Source: Squalus acanthias (lineage: Eukaryota). Taken from it: 64,000 bases of DNA. The notes under the pieces are model-generated. The model was not told the origin of the DNA. It saw only the letters and a list, made by a program, of their open reading frames with translations, and did not search any database. The stretch covers positions 74,154,001-74,218,000 of the forward strand of contig CM059432.1 in assembly GCA_030390025.1 (NCBI GenBank), written 5' to 3'. The number at the start of each line of letters is the position of its first letter. The stretch's first letter is position 1. Shown here in pieces: positions 39,101-51,300 of the stretch. A program made the position numbers and the translations under genes.

Positions 39101-41385
39101 CAATGAGATCATGGCTGATCTGATCCAACCTCAACTCTAAAGAACACAAGGAGCAGGACCAGGCCCCTAGGCCCGCTCCGCCACCCACAGGGCCTTGACC
39201 GATCCAAACTCAAACTCATGTCCAATTTCCAGCCCGCTCCCCGTAACCCCTGATTCCCTTTACTTCTAGGAAACGGTCTATTTCTGTTTTAAATTTATTT
39301 AATGAAGTAGCTTCCACAGCTTCCTGGGGTAGCAAATTCCACAGACCCACTACCCTCAGTGAAAAAGTTTCTCCTCATCTCAGTTTTGAAAGAGGAGCCC
39401 CTTATTCTAAGATTATGTCCCCTAGTTCTAGTTTCACCCATCATTGGGAACATCCTCACCGCGTCCACCCGATCAAGCCCCTTCACAATCTTATATGTTT
39501 CAATAAGATCGCCTCTCATTCTTCTGAACTCCAATGAGTAGAGTCCCAATCTACTCAACCTCTCCTCGTATGTCCACCCCCTCATCCCCGGAATTAACCG
39601 AGTGAACCTTCTTTGTACTGCCTCGAGAGCAAGTATGTCTTTTCTTAAGTATGGGCACCAAAACTGTATGCAGTACTCCAGGTGCGGTCTCACCAATACC
39701 CTATACAACTGCAGCAATACCTCCCTGTTTTTATATTCTATCCCCCTAGCAATAAAAGCCAACATTCCATTGGCTTTCTTGATCACCTGCTGCACCTGCA
39801 TACTAACTTTTTGATTTTCTTGCACCAAGACCCCCAGATCCCTTTGTACTGCAGTACTTTCCAGTTTCTCGCCATTAAGATAATAACTTGCTCTCTGATT
39901 TTTCCTGCCAAAGTGTATAACCTCACATTTTCCAATATTGTATTGCATCTGCCAAATCTCTGCCCACTCACCCAGCCTGTCTATATCCCCTTGTAGGTTT
40001 TTTATGTCCTCCTCACTCTCTACTTTCCCTCCCATCTTTATATCATCTGCAAACTTTGATATGTTACACTCGGTCCCCTCCTCCAAATCGTTAATATAGA
40101 TTGTAAAGAGTTGGGGACCCAGCACCGACCCCTGCGGAACACCACTGGCTACTGGTTGCCAGTCCGAGAATGAACCATTTATCCCAACTCTCTGCTTCCT
40201 GTTAGATAACCAATCCTCCACCCATGCCAGAATATTACCCCCAATCCAGTGATTTTTTTATCTTGAGTAATAATCTTTTATGTGGCACCTTGTCGAATGC
40301 CTTCTGGAAGTCTAAATACACTACATCCACTGGTTCCCCTTTATCCACCCTGTACGTTATGTCCTCAAAGAACTCGAGCAAATTTGTCAGACATGACTTC
40401 CCCTTCATAAAGCCATGCTGACTTTGTCCTATTAAATTATGTTTATCTAAATGTTCCGTTACTGTCTCCTTAATAATAGACTCCAAAATTTTACCCACCA
40501 CAGATGTTAGGCTAACTGGTCTATAATTTCCAGCCTTCTGCCTACAACCCTTTTTAAATAAGGGTGTTACATTAGCAGTTTTCCAATCTGCCGGGACCTT
40601 TGCTGAGTTCAGGGAGTTTTGGAAAATTATTACCAAAGCATCCACAATTCCTACTGCCACTTCCCTCAAGACCCTAGGATGTAAGCCATCAGGTCCAGGG
40701 GATTTATCCGCCTTGAGTCCCATTATTTTACTGAGTACCAATTCCTTAGTAATTTTAATCGTATTTAGCTCCTCCCCCACTAGAGCAAGGATGTCTTGCT
40801 GCAGTTGTACAGGGCCTTGGTGAGATCACACCTTGAGTATTGTGTGCAGTTTTGGTCGCCTTATCTGAGGAAGGATGTTCTTGCCATGGAGGGAGTGCAG
40901 CGAAGATTCACCAGGCTGATACCTGGGATGGCAGGAATGACGTATGAGGAGAAATTGGGGTGATTGGGCTTATACTCGCTGGAGTTTAGAAAAATGAGAG
41001 GGGATCTCATTGAAACTTATAAAATTCTAATAGGACTAGACAGACTAGATGCAGGAAGGATGTTCCCGATGGCCAGGGGGTCCAGAACCAGGGGTCACAG
41101 TCTAAGGATAAGGGGTAAGCCATTTAGGACTGAGATGAGGAGGAATTTCTTCACCCAGAGAGTGGTGAACCTGTGGAATTCTCTACCACAGAAGGCAGTA
41201 GAGGTCAATTCATTAAATATATTCAAGAAGGAGTTAGATATATTTCTTAAAGCTAAAGGGATCAAGGGATATGGAGAGAAGGCAGGGACAGGGTACTGAA
41301 TTTGGATCATCAGCCATGATCTCATTGAATGGCGGAGCAGGCTCGAGGGGCTGAATGGCCTACTCCTGCTCCTATCTTCTATTCT
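36165..41385 (+). mobile_element. Long CR1 LINE (ORF1 SGNH-esterase end, ORF2 APE and RT, 3' UTR), split at 39030-40780
   Basis: VVVHIGTND...DGLHLG...GEGLN (ORF1 esterase); LNARS, ITETW, MGDFN, SDH (APE, ORF 36697-37800); rejoins as ttcgagtaca|..gagcaaggatgtc. Confidence 0.93.
39030..40780 (-). mobile_element. Younger CR1 LINE nested in opposite orientation
   Basis: 308-aa and 181-aa RT ORFs; (CATAAGAA)3 tail at ~39028-39051. Confidence 0.93.
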
Positions 41386-43499
41386 TGCTTACAATAAACG
41401 TAGTCTTAAGTACATGATCTTGTCAGCATGGTGTTTTCCCTCTGGTTTGGAGAGATCAGAATGTGCAGTGGCATCCCATATTTCTGCTTTTATCCCAATG
41501 GTATAAGGGTTCATTGTTCACACTGAGGCCCATTGTCCTAGATTTGCAGCATAAAGTCAAGTTTTGGTTCACAAGAATTGCACGCTTGCCTATGGAAGCT
41601 GACTTTGAGAGAATAAGCAATATTGGGCAGTAGCCTGAATTGGAACAGTGGGTATAATTGTGGTTCTCCACTCTTTCACCACTGTTGGCTGTTACTGCTT
41701 GGAATTGCAGAAAGCCTACTAGAATAATTGCACAATGTTTTTTTTCCTCAATTATCAAATTGGCCAAACCTGTGGAGAAAGACTTACAATGATTTGAGGT
41801 CTCGGTAGCCTTGGGATTTGAAGTGCCATCCCTGATGAGCCACAAAGTCTAATTTTATATTTGGAGAAAATCCTGTGTTGGACATTTCATGGAAATATAA
41901 AAAAATTTGGTTGTCTTTTAAAATTACATTTGTTTAAAAAAAAAAAAAAAAAAATTGTAGAACTGATGACAAATGTCTTACAGGCAGATTAGAGGATGGA
42001 ATTAGAATTGACTTTTTTTAAATGGACATAGTTTGAAAATTGCTGAATATTTAGATCATTGCTATGATAAAAGAATAGATCCCATTTTATTTTTTCTTCC
42101 TATAATTAAAGAACATGCAGAGCGAATAATGGATCTATTTGTGATTTTTTTTTTTGCTACATTTTTAGTTATATCATCAACTGCTCCTATAAATGTAAAT
42201 GGAATCCAGAGACCAGTGTAGCTAAAGTTCCAATTTAAAGGGAGTAATTATCCTGGTTGAGATGGGGTAATTCTAGTGTAAATTTCTTGCCAGTCTTTTA
42301 AAGCAATTCATGGCAAGTTTGTGTTCTTGACTAACAGATTCTGAAGTTCAGTTACTTTCTCAAGTTTAGAACTTAAAGGGATGTGGAATGCTTTGTGTGG
42401 AGGAGCAGTTTTCAGAGCTGCAACCATTGTAGTAAACTCCTGTGATTGCCAGTGATGAACACTACTTCTGTGTGGATTTTTCCCTATTTGTTTTGACCAT
42501 AAACTTCTAAATTAGCCAGTGGTATGATCTGTTACTTCAGTCACATTGTGCACCAAGTTTACAAATCAACGCTGAACCAACTTTTAAGAGTACATTCTGT
42601 TTTTGAAAACTCCTCGCCAGGAAATATAATTTTCTCTTTGGGGTGGTAGGGATTTATTCAAATTATTCACCTACTTTAAAATTTAGAGATTTCCCTGCTA
42701 TAGTTGCCAACAGATAAACTGGCATGAAGCAGAATGGCCTGTGGAAAAGGAAATGGCTTCTTGTAGTTCAAATGTTAACTATCCCTATTAAGTATCAAGC
42801 AGCAGAAATTGACAAGAAAAATGTACAATAGAGAAGTAAATGGTGCTGAAGGAGAGTGTACTGTTTGGCTGATTAAGGGAAGTGACTGAAGAACTCTCAC
42901 TACTAATGTACCGTGACTGGATCTAGCATACTCAGCTGATTGGCCTTTAGCCATCTGTTCTTGTTTACAAAAAACTTTTTTTTTTCTTCAAAAATATTTA
43001 CACTTCTGGGATCCATTTCAGAACCTGACCGAAAAATAAGGCTTCAGCAATAGCAAATGCCCCCTTTTAAAATTGTAGTGATACACCGTTGAATATCAAC
43101 ATGCAAGATTGACCCTAATTGTAAATACGAGCATGGACCCATTGACTGAGAGAATTATTGTATTGATTTTTTCCATGTAAGTGCTGAATCATCCAGGTTT
43201 CATGAAGAAGAGTTGTCTGGGTTCTAATTTCTCTCCTTCCCTCTTTATTGCTAGAAAATAAAATTCAAGCAGGAACAACGTTGGTGTGAATGGGCAGCCA
43301 AATTATATTGGCTGTTCACTCAACCCTGGTGTCAGGGAAGTATTTTACTATGTATGCACATTATTAAATGCATGTGTACAGCTTTACTTATTAATTTCTG
43401 ATGTGTGAGTGACATTTCTAAAAGTTTAAACAAATAACATGGACAATCTTTAAATTTTAAATTTAAACTGAAGTTAAGATAACCCAGAGCTGAGCTGCA

Positions 43500-44670
43500 A
43501 CTCTCATTACCTGGCCACTGCCAAGATCCCTTCCATCTCTGCAACATTGCACTCCTGCCCCCTACATCACTCCCACTGAAGCCTAAAATCTAATCCATAC
43601 TTTTTTGTCACTTCCAGACTTGATTTCTTTAAAACTGTTCTTGCTGCCTGCCCAAGCCCAGCCTCACCTCACCAAAATTCTGTCACCCACATCATGTCCT
43701 GCACTAAATCCTAGTTGACTTGCATTAGCTCTCTATCACTCAATGCACAAATTTCAAAGCCCTTTTCCTCATACACATCCCTCCATGGCCTCATGCCAAC
43801 CCCTGTTAACCCCCTTATACTTTGTCCTAAGATCTTTTTCTCTAATTCTGGCCTCTGCACCACTCCTCTATTCCACTATCTGCAGCAGAGCTTTCAGCTG
43901 TCTGAGCCCTGCTTTCTGGAGCTTTTCCCTCCCTAAAGCTCCCTGCATCACTTCCCTGCTTCCCACCTTTAAAACCTACTTACCCAACCATGCGGAACAC
44001 CTCCGTTCAGTCCGTAAGGGTGACCCCGAGCTTCCGGTCGCTTGTCATTTTAATTCACCGCTCCACGCCCACTCAGACCTCACCGTCCTCAGCCTCTTGC
44101 ATTGTTCCAAGGAAGCTCAGCGTAAGCTCGAGGAACAGCACCTCATCTCCCGATTAGGCACTTTACAGCCTTCCGGACTCGATATCGAGTTCAACCCCTA
44201 CTATATATATATTTTTTTTCTCTCTCTCCCCCACGGCAGCTGTCTCTCATTCTGCCAGCATTTCACACTTCACACTTCTGAGCCACCTTTTGTTTCTTAA
44301 CCTGTCCTATTACCATCTCGTCTTGCCTTGAGCATCTCTTAATGTCTCTACTTACCATAGACCACCCCTTTTGTTCTTTTATTCCTCCCCCCAGCCTCCC
44401 ACTTGCTTTTTTATCTGTTTCATTTCCTGCTTTTTTCTCAGTTCTGACTAAGGGTTTTCGACCTGAAACGTTAACTCTGTTTCTCTCTCCACGGATGCTG
44501 CCTGGCCTGCTGAGTTTTTCCAGCGTTTTCTGTTGTTGTTTCAATTTTCCAGCGTCCGCAGTATTTTGCTATCGTTATGTATTTCTTTGTTTGCTGTTTA
44601 TTTTTATCTCCTCTGTGAACCAAGTTGGGATGTTTCTCTGCATTTGAGGTTGCTATATAAATGTAACTTT
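43500..44670 (+). mobile_element. Old L2 3' fragment, split by the PLE at ~43990-44577
   Basis: Similar to 6360-6910 (ccctccatggcctc, ttcagctgtctgagccct, ccctccctaaa); tail ctatataaatgt at ~44655. Confidence 0.65.
43990..44577 (+). mobile_element. Penelope-like element family A, 3' fragment
   Basis: AEHLRSVRKGDPELPVACHFN...EEQHLISRLGTLQPSGL (GIY-YIG end); 3' UTR with hammerhead-like motif at 44440-44476. Confidence 0.88.
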
Positions 44671-45000
44671 GCATGGGCTAGAATATAGCCTACCGACGTA
44701 TATTGTTTAGGTTTGGAAGTGGAAAAATGGCCACTGGGTGTGGTATTGTCATCATAAAGTCCCTTTTATATTTAAAAAAAAAAGCTACTCTTGACCCCTC
44801 TGTCCTCTTCAACTACCATCCCACTTCTGACTTCTCTCCTTTCTGGTGTACCCAATTTCCTCCCTATCTTTCCTAGCACACTCTTATTATTTGTTCTTGG
44901 AATGTGGGTGACACTGGCAAGGCAGTATTTCCTGCCCATCACTACTATTTACTGAGAAGTCGCACAACACCAGGTTATAGTCCAACAGATTTATTTAAAA

Positions 45001-45040
45001 TTACAAGCTTTTGGAGCTATCCTGCCCCTTCTTCAGGTAA
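45001..45040 (-). ncRNA. Minimal PLE-type hammerhead motif (GAAA mutated to AAAA)
   Basis: Minus strand TTAC-CTGAAGA-A-GGGGC-aggata-GCTCC-AAAA-GCTT-GTAA: stem I TTAC/GTAA, stem II GGGGC/GCTCC, palindromic AAGCTT. Confidence 0.72.
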
Positions 45041-45309
45041 AGTTACACTGAGTGAATCTACAAAAGTTCTTAGAATATAAACACAGATACTACAGAGATA
45101 CAATCTTTCCTTACATCAAAGACACACCAAGAGCACAGCCAAGACAATGAGATGTGTCCCAGGGGGTCCAATGTGTCAAATCCTGCTGACTGCAGCAGAT
45201 CTCTCTCCATATCCCTTCCTCTCTCTCCGTCTTTTTAGGGGTTTGTTTTTTGTGTTTGTTTTTTTGTGTTTGTTTTTAAAAAACTGGAAAGACAGACAAC
45301 GATGTCAAG

Positions 45310-46701
45310 TCACGTTCTGTAGCGTGACATGAACCTGATATCCCTATTGAGGCCGTCCTCATGAGTGCGGAACTTGGCTATCAGTTTCTGCTCGATGATT
45401 TTGCGTTGTCGTGTGTCTCGAAGGCCGCCTTGGAGAACGCTAACTCGCAGATCCGAGGCCGAATGCCCTTGACTGCTGAAGTGTTCCCCGACTGGGAGGC
45501 AACTATCCTGCCTGGCGATTGTTGCGCGGTGTCCGTTCATACGTTGTCTCAGTGTCTGCATGGTCTCGCCGATGTACCATGCTCTGGGGCATCCTTTCCT
45601 GCAACGTATCAGGTAGACAACGTTGGCCGAGTCACATGAGTACGTACCATGTACCTGGTGGGTAGTGTCCTCACGTGTGATGACGGTATCTGTGTTCATG
45701 ATCTGGCATGTCTTGCAGAGGTTGCCGTGGCAGGGTTGTGTGGTGTCGTGGTCGCTGTTCTCCTGAAAGCTGGGTAATTTGCTGCGAACGATGGTACTTT
45801 TGAGGTTAGGCGGCTGTTTGAAGGCGAGTAGTGGAGGCGTGGGGATGGCCTTAGCAAGGTGCTCGTCGTCATCGATGACCTGTTGAAGGCTGCGAAGAAC
45901 ATGGCGTAGTTTCTCCGCTCCGGGGAAGTACTGGACGACGTAGGGTACTCTGTTGGTTGTGTCCCGTGTTCGCCTTCTGAGGAGGTCTATGCGGTTTTTC
46001 GCTGTGGCCCGTCGGAACTGTCGATCGACGAGTCGAGCGTCATATCCCGTTCTTACGAGGGCGTCTTTCAGTGTCCGTAGGTGTCCATCGCGTTCCTCCT
46101 CGTCTGAGCAGATCCTGTGTATTCGCAGGGCTTGTCCATAGGGGATGGCTTCTTTAACGTGGTTAGGGTGGAAGCTGGAGAAGTGGAGCATCGTGAGGTT
46201 GTCCGTGGGCTTGCGGTAGAGTGAAGTGCTGAGGCGTCCGTCTTTGATGGAGATTCGTGTGTCCAAGAATGAAACCGATTCTGAGGAGTAGTCCATGGTG
46301 AGTTTGATGGTGGGATGGAACCTGTTGATGCTATCGTGTAGTCCTTTCAGTGATCCTTCGCCGTGGGTCCAAAGGAAGATGTCGTCGATGTATCTGGTGT
46401 ACAGCGTTGGTTGGAGGTCCTGTGCAGCGAAGAAGTCTTGCTCGAACTTGTGCATGTAGATGTTGGCGTATTGGGGTGTTTGGGTAAAAAACTGGTTGTC
46501 GAAGGTGAAGACATTGTGGTCAAGGATGAAGCGGATGAGTTGTAGGATGGCGTCTGGAGATTGGCTGTTGTTGGTGTTGAGTACTGAGGCTGTCGCAGCG
46601 ATGCCGTCATCGTGGGGGATACTGGTGTAGAGTGCCGATACGTCCATCGTGGCGAGGAGTATTCCTGGTTCATCTGGTCCATGGGTGCTGAGTTTCTGCA
46701 A
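45310..46701 (-). pseudogene. PLE RT/GIY-YIG ORF (463 aa open, 5'-truncated, motif B deleted)
   Basis: MDVSALYTSI, RYIDD, FLD, LYRKPT, CKTC, VVYLIRC...YIGET...R..GH; FFTQT-PQYANI lacks the usual GxAMG segment. Confidence 0.88.
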
Positions 46702-47997
46702 GAAGTCTGTAGTGTCGCGACAGAAGCTGGGGGTTCCCTGTACGATGGGTTTCAGGATGCCCTCGACGTACCCAGAGAGGTTCTCATTACTATTTACTGC
46801 CCATTGCTAGATGCCCTGAGGGCATTAAGAGTCAACCATGTCATATGAGACTGGAGTCACATATAGGCAAGACTGGGTAGGGGTGGTAGATCCCGTCCCT
46901 GAAGGACATTAGTGAATCAGTTGGGTTTTATGATCTGATCATTTTGTCTGGTGCCAACCCACAAATTACAGGATTTATTGAATTCATTTTCCCAGCTTGC
47001 CATCATGAGATTTGAACTTGTGACTTCTGGGTTGGTAGTCTTATAGCACTCGTCAAGGTCACTAACATTCTGAGCAACTGCAATCACGGGGTTCTCCCCC
47101 CTCAACCCCTCCTAAGCTTCTATACTGTTGACCATTCCTTTCACCTCTATCACCTCTCCTCATTGATACTGCCATTGGCTACTGCATCGTCCTTACTTTC
47201 AAAAGCCTGCTCTAAACCTCCCTTCTGTAACTATGCCTTTGGTCGCCTCTGCTTACTGTCTCCCTGTCTTGTCTGCCCCTTTGTGAAGCATCTTGGGATT
47301 TTTGCATTTAAGGTGTTGTGCCTAAGTAGTACATGTGGACTACTGACATCTTTTGGAGTCCTAGATCAGGATGTGCCAGTACCTTCAGGCGAGGAGGTAA
47401 AATTTAGAACAGAAAAATTAAATATGATGCAATGGCTCCTTTGATTTTTTTTTCAATGTCAGCTATACACCAGCAAGAATTATGCAGTAGCTGATATACA
47501 GTGCTAGCAGTGTGAGGCCAGTTCTTCAGGTCATGTTGCTAATGTCAAACTACCAAATTATATTAAAATCAGAGCTGTACTGCATGTTTTGGCACTAGTA
47601 TGGTGAAAAAATGATGCTCTGCCAATGCCAAACATGCAAAGTAATGGGAACAAAAGTCACTAAACAGGCATAATGGTTACAATTAGGATGTAATATAGCT
47701 TTGCTTTGAGAATTTTTCAGGATAATGTAAATTGAAAATGCTGCATCAAAGACCAATCCAGGTCCAGTTGTGCCTTTCCTGGTCTGTTCGATTTATCTCA
47801 CCGATTTGATTTCAATCTGGTTTAACAATTGGGCTGAAATTTTTGTGTTATAAAAATGAAAAGCTCTAGGGCTACTTCTTAAATCTAATACTTGCACCTC
47901 ATTGCAAATAAGATGAGATGTAATGATGCTGTAATTATTTTGTTCAAGCAATTTCTTTAAAAGATTTTAATTTGTCTTTTTTCCTCCTACCTTTTAG

Positions 47998-48359
47998 TCG
48001 CTTTCAAATACGTTGGCTGATACTCAGTCAGACATGACTCAGATTGGTGGACAAAATTCTCAGTTAGCAAGTGGAGAAGAGCGACAGAAGTCACTGGACC
48101 AGCAGCGCATGCAAGAGAAGGCCAATCGCATTGTGGCTGAGGCCATTGCTAAAGCTAAAGCTAGGGGTGAGCAGAATATTCCCAAGGTGATTGACCAGCT
48201 GGTGATCTCTAGCACTGCAGTGGATGGTTCAACTGAAGAGAAAAAGAAAAAGAAGAAAAAACCAAAAGAAAAGAAAGACCCCAAGGAGCCCAAAGAAGCC
48301 AAGGAAAAAAAACCCAAGTCAGCAGCGACTGCTAAAATCAAAAGCAACAAGAATGCAAG
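47998..48359 (+). CDS. CHD7: Internal coding exon of a CHD6-9 chromodomain helicase, most likely CHD7 exon 3
   Basis: Polypyrimidine tract plus TAG acceptor ending 47997; AG|GTAGGA donor; phase 0 to phase 2 as recalled for human CHD7 exon 3; SDMTQIGGQNSQL and DGSTEEKKKKKKKPKEKKDPKEPKE resemble recalled CHD7 PDMTQVSGPNAQL and DGSQEEKKKKKRSKAKKDPKEPKE. Confidence 0.8.
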
Positions 48360-51300
48360 GTAGGAAAAGTTAATCTTGTTTGATCACAGGATTGGAATTT
48401 TAGCATTTTTGTTTTCTGGCAATGTTGAAGTGCTGCACTTTTGTCATATAACAATCCAGAGGCTGTTTGAGATATTTGTGTTTGGCTTCGGTTTCATTGG
48501 GGAGTGTTCCTCCAATCTACTAATTATTGCAGATGTAATAAGATGTCAGAAGAAAAGTAATATCCTGTGTACATAATTCAGCATTGCATATAGTTGCCAG
48601 AAGTGAAAGCTGCTGAAACAACATAACTGTGGAAAGTCAAACATTTTAATATAAATTTGATATCCAAAAAGGAATTGACCCTGGCCCAATCAAAGGTTCA
48701 GAATAAGGTGATGTTCATAAAGTACCAGAGAGACACTATGATAAACAACCTCTTCTAAACAAGTTGGTGCTTTCAGACATGCACCTGGATACCCACAGTA
48801 GATCAAGATTGGCAAAACTATTGTTAGACCCAATATATACAAGAACAACTGTATTGGGGAGGGGGAGGAAGGAAGGGGAAGGCTGCATCAAATTCAGATT
48901 TTCTTGTATGTTGAGTTATGTATGAGTTGCAGTTTCACGAAGTAGATTCTCTTAATTAGTTACTATTGTCCTTTCAGTATTTTGTACAGAAGTAATGGCA
49001 CTTTAACAGTGACGGTAATTTTGACATTGTATCGCCACTGCGTACAGTAAAGACATCAATTCAACGTTGTAAATTTACGGAAGTGATTTTATTCTCGCGG
49101 TATTTAAAGCAAGGCAGGGATAAAACAGATATGATCTGAAGTAATTTTTCTTTTTGTGTGATTTTGTTTGCACATTGATCACCTTTGTGGGTGGTAAAGG
49201 TAACTAGTTTCCTGAAGGCTGTAACAATTTAAATCAGGTGTTTCCAACCTTTCAGAGCTGTGAGCTGGATCCATGAGATGTGGTTAAATTGCTTTTGGCT
49301 CAGACAGAATCATGATTTCCATGATCAATAAATTACTTAAATTGAAAGGAATATACATCGAATTTGTTGCTGGAATGAAATTTACTTGTTACTTTGTTTA
49401 TTTTTTCTCTACTATAGCTTTGAAGATCCAGCACAGTGCTAGGGGATTGAAAAAATCTTCCTCCATGCTTTCTAATTATTTTGTATTGACTATATAATGT
49501 ATTGAAGTTTCTAAACTTGCTATTTAAAATGAATTAATATTCAAGGAAATATGTCTAAAATATGAACTGAAACAACTTATGACACAAATTCTAGCTGTAC
49601 AAATCAAATGCATACATATTTTATAGAACAGTTGACATTTGAGTAGCTAACCTTAAGATTTACAGTTACCAGCATCATTGATGTCTGTTCCTAATTCCTC
49701 GGCTGTATCTCTCTTTCACTATGGAATAGGAAACACTTCAGTTAAGCACCTATGGATAAATGGCAGCAAACCTGTTTTTCATCTGCTGTAATTGGAACAA
49801 AAATACTCAACTTGATAAATTAAGACACAAGTACTTTGTTACACAAAATTCAGTACAGGTTGCTGCAAATGTCTAATGGCCTCAATAAATTGAACAGTAT
49901 GAAAACACTGTTCATCTGTTCAGAGTGATTCAAAAAATGTTAGTGGGTTTGTTTAACATTTTTTTGTTAGGTCCTCCCCTTGCACATAATTTGGCCAAAC
50001 CTGTTGATGGGCTTCAGGAAAACAGCTATTCAATGAAATTTGTACTTTAGCTAGAAAATTTGAAGCTCGACCATTTAAATTTCATTGCTGTGTGCCACAA
50101 TTCTGCCTGATGTGGACAGGACTCAGCACTGTAGCAGAGTTGACATTCAAATGTGAGAGGAATGCACGTTCCAGCCCCAGAAACCCTACAGTTAGAAAAG
50201 AGAACCTGAGTAACATTCTGGGCAGTGTTTATTTGCAACACCAGTGGGTTGGACCAAATTTCTGATTGGTCCACTTGGAGGACAAGACACACTGAACAGC
50301 TTATCTGGAATTTGATCCTGCCTGCTGTAGAGCAGTCTGTGATGTAATTTGATCCAGTCTTGTCGTGCAGCCTACAGAAAGTGGAGCTGTAATTAGCTTT
50401 GTGAAGTTCCTCTGTTATCGAGTGTTACTGACCACCTTCCACCCCCAAAAGCCAAGCCCCTGGACTTCTCCACCCCCCCCCCCCCCCCCCCCCCCCCCCC
50501 GGAGCTCCTCTCCTTCTGCCCACCCTCTCCGAGCTCCGATCCCCTGACCACCTCCACAGGGAGCCGAGGGAAGCGTGGTTGAGGCCGCTCGGCCCGTGCG
50601 CGTTCGGAACCGCCGGTGTACATGCGCAGCTGCAACGTCCGGTGCACATGCATGTTTCCGCTGGTGCGGGGCGGTGTTTAGAGTCCGCCTCCCAAACAAT
50701 GCGTTGGCGCAGAAGACCCTGTGCAAATAATCAGTGAACAATCTGTCACTGTCTTGTATCTTAATAGGCACCCATCTCCCCCATGTTCCTTAAACTCTGG
50801 GCCAATGCTCATCGGAGGACAGTTTGTATCTGCCCAATCTTAGTCACAATTGTATTTTTTTGCCTGTCTGCCAGTTTTCCCCCGCTTCCTTGCTCCAGGT
50901 CCATTCCCTAGCCCCACAACCCCTGGGTCTGCATGGTTCCATCCCTGCCTAGTCCCATCTCTTGTGCTGCTCGCTGCTTCTCTCATGCACATCCAAAGAG
51001 ATAGCCACTCTGCTGTATAGCATGACCTCTCTTTCCTACACATTCATAGCAGGAACAATTAAAATTGTTCAAAACTTGCTTGCCATTCCTGAATGCTGAC
51101 TCAAACTAAATAGTTGGCATATGTAGTCAACAAATAGGAGGTTGGGGGCAGAGCAGTTTATAGAGTCAGAGTCATAATGGCACAGAAGGAGGCCATTCGG
51201 CCCATCGAGTCCGTGCTGGCTCTCTGGAGCAATCCAGTCAGTCCCATGCCCCCGCTCTATCCCTGTAGCCCTGCAAGTTTATTTCCCTCAAGTGCCTATC

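Larger units (their letters stand above)
44955..46787 (-). mobile_element. Penelope-like element family B, 5'-truncated, CpG-rich (young)
   Basis: 12-bp TSD tactatttactg at 44943-44954 and 46788-46799; RT plus GIY-YIG ORF; hammerhead motif and AATAAA near the 3' end. Confidence 0.93.
44890..47075 (-). mobile_element. tRNA-derived SINE with the tail of the second CR1-group LINE, split by the PLE at 44955-46787
   Basis: Tail ggaatgtgggtgacactggcaaggc...gcccatc like ~11620-11667; minus-strand B box (gagatttgaact) at ~47008-47019. Confidence 0.6.

Noticed and set aside
48013..48363. ORF-track 116-aa standalone gene
   Set aside because: It starts at TTG and its stop lies in the donor GTAG; it is an internal exon (47998-48359)
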